Positions 1 to 13,600 of a stretch of DNA of 44,671 nucleotides are shown piece by piece. The notes beneath the pieces were generated by a model, which saw only the letters and a program-made list of their open reading frames with translations, had not been told where the DNA came from and did not search any database. Where the stretch lies: the NCBI GenBank assembly GCA_002633005.1, contig NMRA01000186.1:688411-733081 (forward strand), read 5' to 3'. A program made the translations under genes and the position numbers. Positions within the stretch are counted from its first letter, which is position 1. Every line of letters starts with the position of its first letter. The stretch comes from Phoronis australis (Eukaryota; Animalia; Phoronida).

Positions 1-367
1 TTACCACCATCAGTAGCATGCGTCTGCGTCCTTTTAGTTCGTCCGTCCACTCCCAACCCACACATTTTGGCTGCAGAGCCGTAGTATTTGTCGCCGCGGT
101 ATACAATAACACGGGACGCCATTGAAAATCCCGCCAAGCTATCCCAGATGCCCCGGCAATGTTGACAATTTACGTTCCTCAGAAACATAAAGAGCAACTT
201 CCGCTTTTCGAGGTGAACGTCGTCTGCAACGCCGCGGTAAGAAAGGACTTTGCCGCGGAAATTTTATATCAAATCCGATTTTTTTACGCGGAAATATAAT
301 AAAATACGCGGACAGAACATTTGAAAAAAGCGGAAATCTGCGTTTCCGCGGAAAATTCCAAGCCCTG
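1..367. mobile_element. Right end of a hAT-like non-autonomous DNA transposon (same family as 9357-9852)
   Basis: Aligns by eye with 9500-9852 and ends in ATTCCAAGCCCTG, whose reverse complement CAGGGCTTGGAAT is the TIR. The left end lies outside the window. Confidence 0.75.
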
Positions 368-2505
368 ATAAACAGATTAAATTAAGATACAATAAGATAA
401 TTTAAATAAAATAGTATTTACAAATTGGATAAAACAAATTGCATTAAAGATAAATAAATAAATAAAAATTTTTGTTTAATATATTGGAAAGACAAGGAGG
501 GACATCTATGACGACCACAGGTAACTGATGAGGTGGTGTCTGAAATTATCATAACAATCAGCATCCTCGAGATTATTAAGCAAATTGTTCCAATTTTTGA
601 TGGTCTGAATAAAGAAGGACTTAGAATAAAACGATGTTCTGTGTCTGGGCAAAACCAAATTGTTTGAGGCAGAGAATCTTGTCCTGATCTGGTGGCTATT
701 TCGAACAAGTACAAGATTATGAGATAGATAAGTCGGTACATTACCGTGAAAGCACCTATGCATCATACACAGACGCCTATATATAAAATATTTGTCAATA
801 GGGAGCCACCCCAGTCTATTAAACATATGAGTTGACGGAGTGTCAAAAGGCACACCTAGCACAAGTCTGGCCGCCTGCTTTTGAGCCTTCAATAAAGAGG
901 AAACTAATTTTGCATTGCATCCTGACCACACTGTACTACAATAAACAAACAGAGGGAATACACAAGCGCTAAAATATTGCAGACGCCCTTCTGTGGGAAG
1001 AAATGGTGATATACGCCGCTGGAGAAGACCAAGGCACTGCCTAATTTTGGACACAGTCCCTTTTATACGGCTAGACCAGCTGAGGGTCTTGTCAACACAG
1101 TAACACCTAATAACTTTTCACTGTCAACATATTTCAGGTGTACATTGGAAATAGCAAGGTTAAGCTCAAGATTACTTCTACTATGCTGTTGCTCTGTGGC
1201 AATACTCGTCATTTTGTTTTTTCAGCATTAATTACCATTTTATTACCAGTACACCAGGTAGCAACCTTATCCAGATCAGACTGGAGTTTGTCCTTTACAG
1301 CAATCAGCGAGTTTGCCACAACATACAAAGTAGTATCATCAGCATACATGTCAACCGTGATTTCGCAGACTAAAGAGAGATCATTTATAAAAAGTAAAAA
1401 CAGCAAAGGTCCCAGGCTGGATCCCTGGGGAACACCGTGTACCTCGGGACTCAGACAGATGTCCACCAAAGGATACAACCTGGCACCTCTCTGAGAGATA
1501 TGGTTTAAACCAGTCTAGGGAGACATTGCCCACCTTGTAAATTAACAACTTGCTTAGAAGTATATTGTGATCAACGAGATCAAAAGCTTTTTTAAAATCC
1601 AAAAATACTACACCAATGTTGTGACCACTATCTACACCCTGAGCCCAGCCCTTAACAATATTAATGAGATAAGTTTCACAGGAGTGGTCACTTCTGAAAC
1701 CGGACTGAGATGCAACTACTAAGTCATGCTCAGTCAAAAATGAATAAAAGGTATTGTGAACATGCTTTTCCAACAATTTGGATAAGACCGGTAAAATTGA
1801 AATTGGTCTGTAATTGTTTACATTGTCAGTAGCACCGCCTTTGTGTAAAGGGGATACTTTTGCAAGTTTCCACAAACTAGGAAACTTGGAAGTTTTAATG
1901 CTATGGTTTACAAGATAGGTGATGGATGGTGTCAGCTCCTCATGAGTTAGTTTTAAAACTTTGGAGCTGACATCATCCGTTCCAGTGGGTTTATTAAGAT
2001 TAAGACCATTTAAGACCTTATTTACAAATTCCATATTTACCAGAGGAATATCATAACCAATGTCACTTTCAACTCTGGAACTAACAAATTCAATCAAATC
2101 TTTATGAGTGGCGTGTGTATCTTTAAGATCACGAGTAAGTTTGCTAGCGATGCCAGAAAAAATTTGTTAAAATTATTGGCAATCTGAAATTTATCATGAA
2201 CACACTTCTCATCAATGTTTAACATGGCAGGTGATGAGGATTTTTCTTTAGGAGCAACTTGTCTGATGACTTTTCATAACACTTTTTGAGATTACTACTG
2301 ATCAGTGAAGAGTAATATTCACTTAGCCTTTTTAATCATTGTTACAACACGATTTCGCTCTGATTTGTAGCCCTCATAATTTCCGCACTTACGTAAACTG
2401 TCCCTGAGCTTTATAGCTTCAAAAATGTCATCCCCAAACCATTCAGGCTGACGTAATCTCTTCACACGTCTAGTTTTCCATGGAGCATGTTCGTCTAAAA
2501 TACTG
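368..2505 (-). mobile_element. 5'-truncated CR1/L2-group LINE, frameshifted ORF2 reverse transcriptase
   Basis: Minus-strand pieces: linker ILDEHAPWKTRRVKRLRQPEWF (~2440-2500); NYRPISILPVLSKLLEK, QSGFR, VFLDFKKAFDLVDH (1381-2097); GVPQGSSLGPLLF and YADD (1209-1478); C-terminal WNNL (506-1054). No endonuclease domain is present. Confidence 0.9.
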
Positions 2506-4399
2506 TTTTCAGTTGCAAACAGTTTTTCTCATGTGCTCGCACTTGAAAAATTTCATGGCTACCGGTACATTTTTGTATCAGGTTGATGCGCATTATACTT
2601 CAGTGCGTAGGGCCTACCATAACCATCGGTTGTCTTTTACTAGTATAGCAGGAGGTGGAGACCGCTTGCAAAGGACTTTCATTCAGGCAGGGGAACCAAA
2701 ATCGGAATGAGGGGGTGCATACTGTAGGGCTTAGAATTTCGAAAAAGGGACAAACGTTCATTTTCTACTTTTGAGTGAAGGAAATATTCGTCTGCTTAAT
2801 AAAGTAAGTCATGACAAAAATCAGAGAAGACACTAGGAGACATTAAGTTAGTGTATAACGTTTCAAGCCCACAGCTCAGGCCCTTCAAAATCGAAATAAA
2901 TCGAAGTATCTCGAGCTCTGATGCAACATGTTCCAGCAAATGAGTGTTTTCAAATACATCGCCATCATCACTACTATAACTCCTTGTGAGAAGGAACACT
3001 CGATAATTTTACTAAAGTTAGGTTTTATACGTCTGCCTTAGCTCATGTTCAGCTGTCATACAATATATTTTGGGTTGATTCACCATCGATGAAAAACCTC
3101 AAACAAACGAGCATAATAATCTTTGATAATCAGTGTCTATTAATGGACTATGGGCCACCGTAGACTCACTTCACTATTTTTAATCGGATGACACTGTGTG
3201 CAACCTGCAGACTTATGTTTGACCATGATAGTGCACTTAACAACTTTCCATCTTCCAACGTTTCGTCTTCATGGAATTATTCTGACAGCCTCTTACATCA
3301 CAAGCTGGGCCTGGTGGACAAATAAAGACTTAGAAGAGATTAAAAGCTGAATAGGTATAATTCTAAAAGTTACTGAAAAACATTGGAGAATTTCAGCTAA
3401 AAAATGTTATACACTATAATTGTACTAATCAGGCCGCCCTAATATTTTAAACCTTTGAAGTCTCTGAGTGCAGCAATCTGTACTTAGACGAAATGCCAGT
3501 AAGTTTGTATTGTTTTTTAAACTATATACACTACATCAATTCTTCTTTATACACTTGTCTATACTATACTAATGAAGTGTAATACTGGAGAGTGTTCCAA
3601 GTTCGTCTGCTATCCAGTGAACAGGGTAAAAATACAGTCAAATAGTATGCAACATATTTTTTGTTTTGTTTTTTGTTTTGGCAGCCATCAATAGATAATA
3701 CCATTCACCTTCATTTATGATCTTTTCGTGAGATTAAATGATAAATGATGCGGGTATCTGTTTTAGACGTATTTAACCTGCTCGTCGAACTTCAGTTTTC
3801 CATTGTTAACAAGTGAGGTCAGCTCAGTATCGACAGTTGTGTCATTGGAGGTACAACAATGTACCACCTGCATGCACAGCAATCCCTGAGGTTCCGCCTC
3901 AGTTCTGGGGTTCTTTACAAGGCATGCCGTTCGGTTCATGGTAACCCCTGTATTTATACATACATAAATTTATGCATGCATTTATGTTTGAATGTAGATA
4001 TTTATGTATATATGTATTCATGTTTATGTGTAAGTATTTTCTCAGTGGGTTTTGAAAATAGAAGAATTATCCTTGCACTTGTCTTTGTTTTAAGTTGTAT
4101 TCGAGAAAATGGTCTCATTGCTATGCAACATAGAGTTGAATACCAGTTAGAGGAAATCTTGTAGAGAATGGTTGAAGACGCTAATATGCTTGACTATTTT
4201 GTGATAGAATTAAATGCTATCAGAAACGTGTTGGCAAACTTTGGAACACCAGTAGCCAAATCCATGGAAACATCTCCCCCACTTGAAAGCACAAGTCATG
4301 GAAGGCCAAAGTTTGACATAACCGAAGAACAACTCTTTTTTTCAAAGGTGAGTCCTCGATCACTGGTATCAGCAGCATCGATTTATAGGAACTGTCCTC

Positions 4400-7300
4400 A
4401 ACCCGTAACGCCTGTGGCATGGGTGTGATTGGTAGGAATGTACCGTAACCTAGCTGGGAAGATTCTGCAGTCACAACAGAATCAAAAGTTACAAAGTTTG
4501 TCAAACTCCTAGTGGGTACATGACTAATGCGCTGGGTCAAGTACCTTAATGAGGGGGGTATGTAGTTACACCTGTGTCATGGTGCTTCTGAAAGAGTATT
4601 ACAAAATTGTTAGTTAAAGCTCAGCAATGATCACGAACAAATACTGGGGAAGACCAGTGACGCTGGAGAGACAGAGAGACTCAAAACGGCGGATAACACG
4701 GAAACGACTTTGCAGCGACCAAGGACTTTGAAACAGTTGACACTGACAGGAGGTGTTGTGGAAGGTGCAGTATGTAGTTGTGGAAAGGTGTGCAAGAACA
4801 TCCGTGGCTTACGTGTCCACCGATCAAGATCGCGGTGTGGTTATCAGGAGAATCAAGAGCAACGCGCAGAGGATCCCTCTGGTGAGACGTTGGAGGTACC
4901 CAGACAGGATGAACTCCACAGGGCTGGGAGTCTCCAAGCCGATGAGCCTTCAGATAACGACCCTATGTTCCTGGGAGAGGACACGTCAGTGCAAGGCAGA
5001 CTTCCACCACGCCCAAGAAGGAAGAGAGTGAAATGGCCAAAGATGACGGAAGAAGCAGCATGGAAGGCTTTTCATGGGGATGTGCACAACATCATGAAGA
5101 CAACTTTGATGGGCAGAGTAGAAATGAAGGTAGAGAGTTTCACCACAATCATTTACAACGTGGCTTTAGAGCGGTTTGGTACACAGGAAGAGCGTACGAG
5201 AGCAACACGGCAGGAAGTTCCGAGAGGCAACAGACGGGAACGGCGCATCAAGGAGATACGAACTGAACTAAGATCACTTGGGAAGGCTTTCCGCGAAGCC
5301 CAGAGCACGAGAAGGTCGGGCTACAGTGGCTTAGAGATGACTTACGGTATGAGCTCAGACGCCTGCGAAATGCAGAGAGGTTACGTCGAGCCAAGAAGGA
5401 AAGGGCTAAGCGAAGGTCTCAGTTTGTCAAGGACCCCTTCAGATTTACAAAGACCTTACTGGGAGAAGAGAGATCAGGCGAGTTGCAGTCAAGCAAAGAG
5501 GCAATAGAGCAACATCTTAACGCAGCTCATGGAGACGACAGACGAAATGTGCCCCTCGGAGTGTGTTCGAGAGTGGAGGCTGTGAATAGGCCAGAGAGTG
5601 AAATAGACATGAAAGAACATACGTGGAAGGAACTGCTGCAGGTGGTTAAGAAAGCGCGATCGGGTTCAGCCCCAGGTCCAAGTGGCATCCCGTACAAGAC
5701 TTACAAGAAGTTCCCTTGCTGCTAAGGCAGCTGTGGCTGATTCTAAGAACAATATGGAGAAAGGGCAAGAAACCAACTGGCTGGAAGGTTGCAGAGGGGT
5801 GCTTTGTGCCCAAGGAGAAGGAAGCTGCTGCGAGTGGCCAGTTTAGAACAATATCACTGCTGAGTGTAGAAGGGAAAATGTTCTTTGGGATCCTTGCTAG
5901 GAGGTTGACATCCTATCTCTTAGACAACAAGTACATTGAAACATCTGTCCAGAAAGGAGGAATTCCTGGTTTTTCAGGCTGTGTTGAACATACGAGCGTC
6001 TTGAGCTAGCCGATTAGGGAGGCCAAGTCGAAGAGGAAAGACCCGACGTGTGTGTAGCTGGACTTAGCTAATGCCCATGGTTCCATACCCCACCAGCTGA
6101 TCAACACAGCATTAGAGTACTATCATGTTCTGGAGCATATCAGTTGCATGTTAACAGATTATTTTCGAGGTATCCAGTTGAGGTTTACCGCAGGCGCCAT
6201 CACTACAGACTGGATCAAGCTGGAAAGAGGTATAATAACTGGTTGTACCATCTCTCCTACTCTGTTCATCATGGGTATGAATTTTCTGATAAAGGCCAAA
6301 GAAAGGGAATGTCCAAGGCTACAGTCCGGTATCGTGGTGCCTGTAATTAGAGCATTTATGGATGACTTGACAGTAACTACGGTGACGCAGGTGCAAGCTC
6401 GGTGGGTTTTGGCAGCACCAGATGAAGTAGCAACGTGGGCTCATATGAAGTTTAAACCCAGGAAGTCGAGACTTCTGATAATGAGAGGTGGGAAAGTAGT
6501 CAACAGATTTACCTTGACCATTCAAGGCGAAGAAATTCCATCAATTGTTAATAACCCCATCAAGTGCCTAGGTAAATGGTACGATGATCTCCTGTGCGAC
6601 AAGAACAACATCAAGCAGATGGAGACCCAGGTGATGGAGTGGTTGAAGAGAATAGAGAAAAGCGGTCTTCCTGCCAAGTACAAGGCATGGATTTACCACC
6701 ACGGGCTGTTACCTCGAGCAACGTGGGGTCTTATGCTGTACGACATCTCGATATCGGCGGTAGAGTGCCTGGAGAGAACAGTAAGCAAGTGGCTGAGGAA
6801 GTGGTTGGGAGTCCCAAGAAGCTTCACACATGTTGGCCTTTATAGCAGAACAGCAGAGCTTCAGCTGCCTCTAGCATCAATCACAGAGGAGTTTAAAGTA
6901 GGAAAGTGCAGGCTGGTTCTCACATTACGTGACTCTAGAGATCCAAAGGTGAGGGATGCTGGTGTCATGACAAGATCAGGGAGACGGTGGTCAGCAGACA
7001 CATCTGTGAGCCAGGCGGAGAGTTTGTTACAGATCAGAGATATAATTGGAAGCACCTGCGTAGGACGCCAGGGGTTGGGGNNNNNNNNNNNNNNNNNNNN
7101 NNNNNNNNNNNNNNNNNNNNNNNNNNNNNNNNNNNNNNNNNNNNNNNNNNNNNNNNNNNNNNNNNNNNNNNNNNNNNNNNNNNNNNNNNNNNNNNNNNNN
7201 NNNNNNNNNNNNNNNNNNNNNNNNNNNNNNNNNNNNNNNNNNNNNNNNNNNNNNNNNNNNNNNNNNNNNNNNNNNNNNNNNNNNNNNGGAAATGAGAGTA

Positions 7301-7935
7301 GATCTGGGAAGAAAGCTTGTGTCCCGAGTATTGTGGAAACATCACTTCGGCCTGACATCATTCTGTGGTCGGACATTCATCAATTTATAGTGATTATAGA
7401 GCTTACGGTGCCTTGGGAGGAAGGATGCGAAGAGGCCCATGAGAGGAAATTATCTAAGTATAGCGAGCAGGCGGAGACATGCAGAGCTCGAGGCTGGCGA
7501 ACTTGGTTGTTTCCTGTAAAGGTGGGATGTAGAGGATTCCCTGCAAGATCTGTATGATGGTTGCTGGAGAAGCTTGGTGTGCGAGGGGGAAGGAAGAAAG
7601 CTGCAGTGAAAAGACTGGCGAGACAGCTGAGAAGACATCTTGTTGGCTGTGGTACCATCGGAATGACGGAAGTTGGAGGCCTCAGTGATGCCCAGTGGGT
7701 TGGCCGCCACTGTGGACCCACCAGTGGAGACCGTTATGGTTTAGGGTCGAAACGAGTCGAGGAAGCAGGATGCCATCTGACGACATCAAGCTACGCCTCC
7801 AACTAGTTAGTGTACGGCGGGTAGAAGAGAATCCCGGTTTAGCTGTTACGAAGAAGGGGCGACAAGACGTCAGACTGCATAGAAGCCTGACAACTATTGA
7901 GGCAGATAACATCACTGTAAGTACACACACACAAG
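4400..7935 (+). mobile_element. HERO-like (R2-group) non-LTR retrotransposon: Zn finger - RT - restriction-like endonuclease, decayed
   Basis: CSCGKVCKNIRGLRVH Zn finger; SAPGPSG, FRTISLLSVEGK, QKGG, GCTISP, FMDDL (RT); RPDIILWS...IIELTVPWEE...ERKLSKY (RLE). Multiple frameshifts and stops, and a gap at 7081-7287. Boundaries are approximate. Confidence 0.88.
7081..7287. other. Assembly gap (N run)
   Basis: Run of N inside the HERO-like ORF, where the CCHC region between RT and RLE would lie. Confidence 1.
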
Positions 7936-8594
7936 CATTTGTCTTTTTTAGGTTTCAAGACAATACAAGGTATTCTCATCAAGGAAATGGGTTTAAAGTT
8001 CAGCAAGATCGTCTGAGAGACTGTTTGGGAAGATATGACACAGTGGAAATGATTTGCTGCAAAATCCGTACGACACGACGGCGCGTCTAGTCACCTTTGA
8101 GCCTACTTCAAGTTCATATTGATGGCAATCACAAGCTAATCAGGTGAATTACGCATAGACATTGATCTTCTAATGAAACAATAACATTACAATCCAAATG
8201 ATTGCAAAATGTACAAAATAATGAAAAAATAATTCTGTAACTGTGTATGTAGAATTCTGAATATGATATAAATGAGTGCACATTTGGACAAAACTACTCA
8301 TTGCTAACAAGTTGTGAACTTATTCATATTTGCAGGTGGAAGTTCGTCATTCATGGTGCCATCAATGGCTTCTCTCGGTTTATTTTTTACTTGAATGTTA
8401 GCAGCAAGAACAAGTCGTGTACAGTGCTTAAACACTTTCTCGGTACAACCAGATAGTGGGGTTTGTATTCACGAGAGCGGGGACAAAGGGTTGAGAAAAG
8501 ATGTTGCCCAGTACATGCTAGAAGGAATCGCCCAGGACAGAACAAAATGGAAATCTCTGATTCCTGGCCTATACCCTGGTAGGGGTGATGGGCA

Positions 8595-10558
8595 TTGATT
8601 GAAGTTGGCGAATGTGATTCTATGCCTTCTTTAGAGAGGTTTTCACCTGAAATGTCTAGCAGCGAAAGATTTGACTTGCCTTCGAGGCTAGGAGTCATTC
8701 AATCTTCACCTGTGGTGGCGCAACCAGTTTCCGCTGTTACTAGGAAGTCGTCCTTTGCTTTTAAGGAAAGGGATGAGAGAGCGGTGAGTGCTAGTAAGCC
8801 AAAGATAGTTCTGGAGCATAAGCCAGTTTTCACTGTTGCAAGTAGCATTTCAGGGAAACCTGCCCTATGTGTGACTACGTTTTCCACAACTACTAAAGTA
8901 GCTGATATTAAGTCAGAGTTGATGAGACCTGTACCTAAATTTGTACAAGATATTAAGACTGAACCCCAGGAGATATTTACTCTTTATGCTGATAGGTTTG
9001 GCATTCCACCAAGGGTGAATAGTTCAGTTGTTAATCCAGGTTCTTATAGAGCTAGTCCCTCAGTGATATCAGAACCAACTGTTGGTCGCATGAATAGTCA
9101 TCATGCAGAGGTTAATCCTTTGACACAGTTTAGGTTGCCTAGAACTGGTTCTGGTTGGAGAGATCCTCCCAAGACTCTGTCTTATAATGGTAAGACCAGT
9201 TGGTCTGCTTTCGTGACCAATGAGATTTTCCTTCGTCAATATCAAGTGGCCCCTGAAAACCAAGTTGATTTATTGCTGCTGTGTATGCATGAAAAGGCCG
9301 AAGAATACCTGTCTTCATTGATGAAGCGTTACCCGATGTTAACATTTGATCACGCTCAGGGGTTAGAATGACCCATGACAAAAAAGCGGAAATTTTTACG
9401 GCCCGAAACATGCGCGCACCCAGCCATGAACATGGGCTCGGATGGACCTTTCACCAACAAAACATCGCGACGACTAAAAAAGGGCACCTCCTCCAGGAAC
9501 GTGCGTCAGTGTCTTATTAGCTTGTCCGTCCACTGTCTACTCCCGCCTCCACACATTTTTGGCTGCAGAGTCGTAGTATTTGTCACCGCGATTTACAATC
9601 TCACGAGACGCCATTGAGGAAAACTGCGCTATCCCAGGTGCCCCCGCAATGACAATTTACGTTCCTCCAAAACATAAAGAGCAACTTCTGCTTTTCGACA
9701 TGAAAGTCGGCAACGCCGTGGTTGGAAAGAAATTTGCCGCCGAAATTTAAAATCAAATCAGATTTTTTTTACATGGAAGTATAATAAAATACGCGGTCAG
9801 AACATTTGAAAAAAGCCGAAATCCCCGTTTCCGCGGAAAATTCCAAGCCCTGCATGCTAAGTCATGTCTGCAGCGTAGGTTTGGGAAATCTTTTTGCCTG
9901 AAGCGCATAAATTGGAATTCCAAAGTGCTAGACAAGAACCCCGAGAATCTGATTTCGAATGGGCTGATAGGATTTTGGACTTAGTCGCTAGAGCTTTCGC
10001 TGACGTAGGTGAAGGTTATGCCCATGTTCAGGCTGTAACTAGATTCTGTCATGGGTTGAGTGATAAGGATTTGGCATTCTCTTTGTCAAATCCTCTCCCC
10101 TTATCGATGGATGAGGCGGTGCACATTGGCAACACCACAGTAAACGCGCTGTGTTTGGCCCTCGTCAAGGTAACTTCATAGTACGGCAGGTTCAAGAGGT
10201 TAGTCAACCCTCAAAGACGAAGGTTAATAAGACGGTTTCAGATCAGGGTCATTCTTTTCCTAAAAAACTCAATAGTAGTAAAGGCAGAATCAGACGTTAC
10301 CGTTGTAACAAGATAGGTCATATTGCTAGGGAATGCAGACAAACCGGTTCTGGAAGACAATGCAACTGCTTCTACTATAAAGGTCGAGGTCATTTGTCGA
10401 ACAATTGCCCTAATAGAACCATAACTTGTGGAATCTGTCATGGTTATGGACATAGTGATCAGGCTTGTTCGATAGTCCCCAATAACGCCTCAGAGGAAGT
10501 AGATTTAAACCGTCCAGGGTCGGGGAGAGAGGTCGATCACCGATCCAATCAAAGTTAG
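8595..10558 (+). pseudogene. gag: Gypsy gag with three CCHC zinc knuckles, interrupted by a MITE at 9357-9852
   Basis: YNGKTSWSAF; removing the MITE gives TFDHAKSCLQRRFG...LEFQSARQEPRES..WADRILDL; knuckles RYRCNKIGHIAREC, CFYYKGRGHLSNNC (both partly mutated) and CGICHGYGHSDQAC. Confidence 0.8.
9357..9852. mobile_element. Complete 496-bp hAT-like MITE with 6-bp TSD
   Basis: TIRs CAGGGGTTAGAAT / ATTCCAAGCCCTG; flanks CACGCT (9351-9356) and CATGCT (9853-9858); second copy at 1-367. Confidence 0.85.
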
Positions 10559-10650
10559 GGGTTAAGGCCTGTATCAAAGTTCATGTTGAGAATTCTTGTG
10601 ATGCTGATGACGATAATTACGAGTCCCATGTTAAGATTGCTAGGAGTCGT

Positions 10651-13600
10651 GTGAATTTGTTGTCCTCTAGTAATGAGGACATAGTTAATAATTTGGGAAC
10701 AGTATTAGTGTGTCACATTCCAGTTGAGTTGAATGATGAAAAGTTGTTGGCAGTTGTTGACACAGGAGCTCAAGTGTCGCTCCTCTCTGATAAAGTTTTT
10801 CAGTCCTGGATACAGAAGCCTTGTTTATTTAGTAATTTGGATGTTAGGATGGCTGGTAGAGACATGTTGGTAACGTCTGCTCTGACAGAGAGAATGTCAT
10901 TACATATACAGGGTAGTGTTTTTGAAAGTCAGTTCTATGTAGCACCCATTGTTAATGATTTGTTGTTGGGCTTGGATTTTCTCTATAAGTATAGAGCAGT
11001 TGTTGACTTAGACTCGTGCTCCCTGTTGTTGGATGGTCTCTTGTATCCAATTACTAATAAACAAGTTGATCTGCTGGAAGATTCTGTACCAATTAGTTGT
11101 ATCGACGAGTTAGCTTGCCACCTAATTCGTTTGCTCTGATTGATGGTATTTTGGATCGTCCTTTGGATAAATTCCTGGTGCAGTCAGTTGCTGAATTCAT
11201 TTGTTGTTTTAGAGGCGTTGTACTCCAAGGGTTGTACTCGAAGGGTTGTCCTTGATATTTGTTTTAGCTGAACCTCAGTGAACACCATTTGATGCTAGCC
11301 GCAGGCCTGGTAGTAGCAGAAGCATGTGAAGTAGATTCTACATTGCCGAATTGGCTGGTGGCTCCGCAGGTAAACCAAGTTAGTGGGAAAGATGATTCAA
11401 TATTGCCAGAACATTTGATAGAACTGTATGATCGTTCTAAGGAGTTCTTATCTCAGAATGACTCCTTGTAGTTGCAGTCATTGTTGATTGAATTTCAGGA
11501 TGTGTTTGCCGCTTCTGAATTTGACTTGGGTAATTTTACACCTATGGAGCATTCGATTGATACAGGGAATAAGCCTCCATGTAAGACTAGATTGCGACGT
11601 ACTCTAGTAATTTTTGCCGGTGAGAAGAAAGAACATATTCAGAAAATGTTAGATGCTGGTGTTATAGAACCTTCGGTTTCTGAATGGTCCTCGAATCCAG
11701 TTATTATTCGGAAACGAGATGGCAAATTACGGTACTGCATTGATTTCAGGGTGCTTAACACCATTACTGAGACTGAAAATTACCCTTTGCCATTGGCTGA
11801 TGATTGTTTTGCTGCTATATCTGGGAACAAAGTTTTCAGTAAGTTGGATGCTAACTCTGCTTATTGGCAGGTGAAGTTGAGAGAAGAAGATAGGAAGAAA
11901 ACGGCATTCCTTACTCGTTACAGGACTTTTCATTTCCTCAGACTTCCATTTGGTTGCAAGGGTGCAGTTGCTACTTTTTCCCGGGTTATTATTAACCACA
12001 TTTTGAATGGTCTTCTATGGTATTCGGTTTTAGCTTATTTAGATGACGTTCTAGTTATGTCAGTGGATGTTAAGACGCACTTTGTTCATTTACGTCTGGT
12101 GTTTTTACGCCTTAGAGTTTGGCTTCAAGTTAAAGCAAAGAAGTCTGTTTTGTTCTACTCTAAAGTTGAGTTTTTGGGACGTTTGGTGGATGGAAATGTT
12201 TTGTCGATGAATCAGGAGCATATTAAAGTCATTCAAGATTGGCCTAGAACAACGAATGTTAGAGAGGTACAGCGGTTTTTGGGGTTGGTAAATTACCACC
12301 GATCATTTGTTGATAAATTCGCTGAAATCGCTGCTCCTTTGTATGTGACTACTGGCAAAGTTGATTTCTTTTGGTCTCAGGAACAGGAAACAGCTTTTGT
12401 GGAATTGAAGAAATGTCTAGTTAGTCCTCCAATTCTAGTTTTGCCCACTAGGGACGACATGTTTGTTTTGGATACGGATGCCTCTGATGTAGCCATAGGT
12501 GGTAATTTGCTGCAGATTCAGGAGGGGAAGAAGGTTATTGCCTATTGCCAGAATAAATATTAAGTAATTAGTAAGAATAGATCCATTTTAAGTTGCCCAA
12601 AATTTGTTCATATGTACTTTTAAATCATGGGGTCAGACTTGTTGACATGTACTTTAACGTCAAAATCTATTTTTAGATGGTGTCTACAACTTTGGGTTCT
12701 AGAGTCAAAGTACTCTAGAGATTCTAGAAAATTCTGAGAACAAATTGTAACAGCCAATAATACGAGTGGATATGATCATGTGGTTTTTATTAGCCAATAA
12801 GTAGAATGTTATATTATGGGCTGAAATCAACAAGATAATCCGATGCGCTATAGTAGTTGAAGCATAAAGACTTGCTACAGTGTGCAGAGAGAATTGTACA
12901 ACAGAGCCATCTTGTGGAAGATTCTAGAAAGGATCTTGACAAGGGCAAGGGTTAACGAACAAGAAGTTAACTAAGAGCTTGTCACTTGCATCGTGGGTAG
13001 TAAGATACTACCTAAGTGTTGCGTCATCAGCCAGAGACTGTGACCAGCAAGAAGAATCCCAGGTAGAAGAAATTGCCTGCAAGTGTTGCATCACCAGAGA
13101 TGGTGACCAGCAAGTACACTGTCACTATACAGTGTGTGTAGTTCGAAGATTCACCAACAGGGCAGACATCCAACAAGTGGAGAGTCCTAGCTTGGATAGC
13201 AGACAAGACATTTGATTGTTTTGGTTGTTTGATTAAAGTAATCTTTAAAGAGGGTGCTAACATAGTTACTCTTTGTAGTTGATTACTTAATTAACAATAG
13301 GTTTCATTTGTCTAATTAGGGGTTATCATATAATAAATTAATTACTGGATTTGATTATTCACTCTCCATCTACGCACAATCTCAAAGCATAGCTACCTTT
13401 TAAACCAACCCACAGTCAATCTCTGACACCTATGCTATTGTTTCGCTGACACCTGAACAGCGTCGTTACTATACTACCCGCAAGGAACTTTTGGCTATTA
13501 TTCGTTTTACGAGACAGTTTCGACATTTCTTTTTGGGTAGGCCATTTAAGGTTCGTACCGACCATAGCAGTCTACAATGGTTAATTAATTTTAAAAATCC

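Larger units (their letters stand above)
4097..8540 (+). pseudogene. Degenerate, intron-containing IS3EU-like DDE (integrase-core) transposase, split around a HERO-like element
   Basis: GRPKFDITEEQL then donor AAG|GTGAGT (4348). Acceptor TTTTTTAG (~7951) then GFKVQQDRLRDCLGRYD...RRRV*...HIDGNHKLIR. GT-AG intron 8144-8335, then WKFVIHGAINGFSRFIFYL...GDKG...DVAQYML. Contains stops and frameshifts and is truncated at about 8540. Confidence 0.75.

Noticed and set aside
1138-1494. Antisense and alternate-frame ORFs over TE coding regions (also 6861-7930 and 11727-12299)
   Set aside because: Shadows of the RT and pol frames; some are inflated by N runs.
7725-7790. Hammerhead core words CGAAAC and CTGACGA at the HERO 3' end
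   Set aside because: Stems I and II do not pair convincingly; at most a 3' UTR stem-loop (GACCGTT/AACGAGTC). An Infernal search would be needed.
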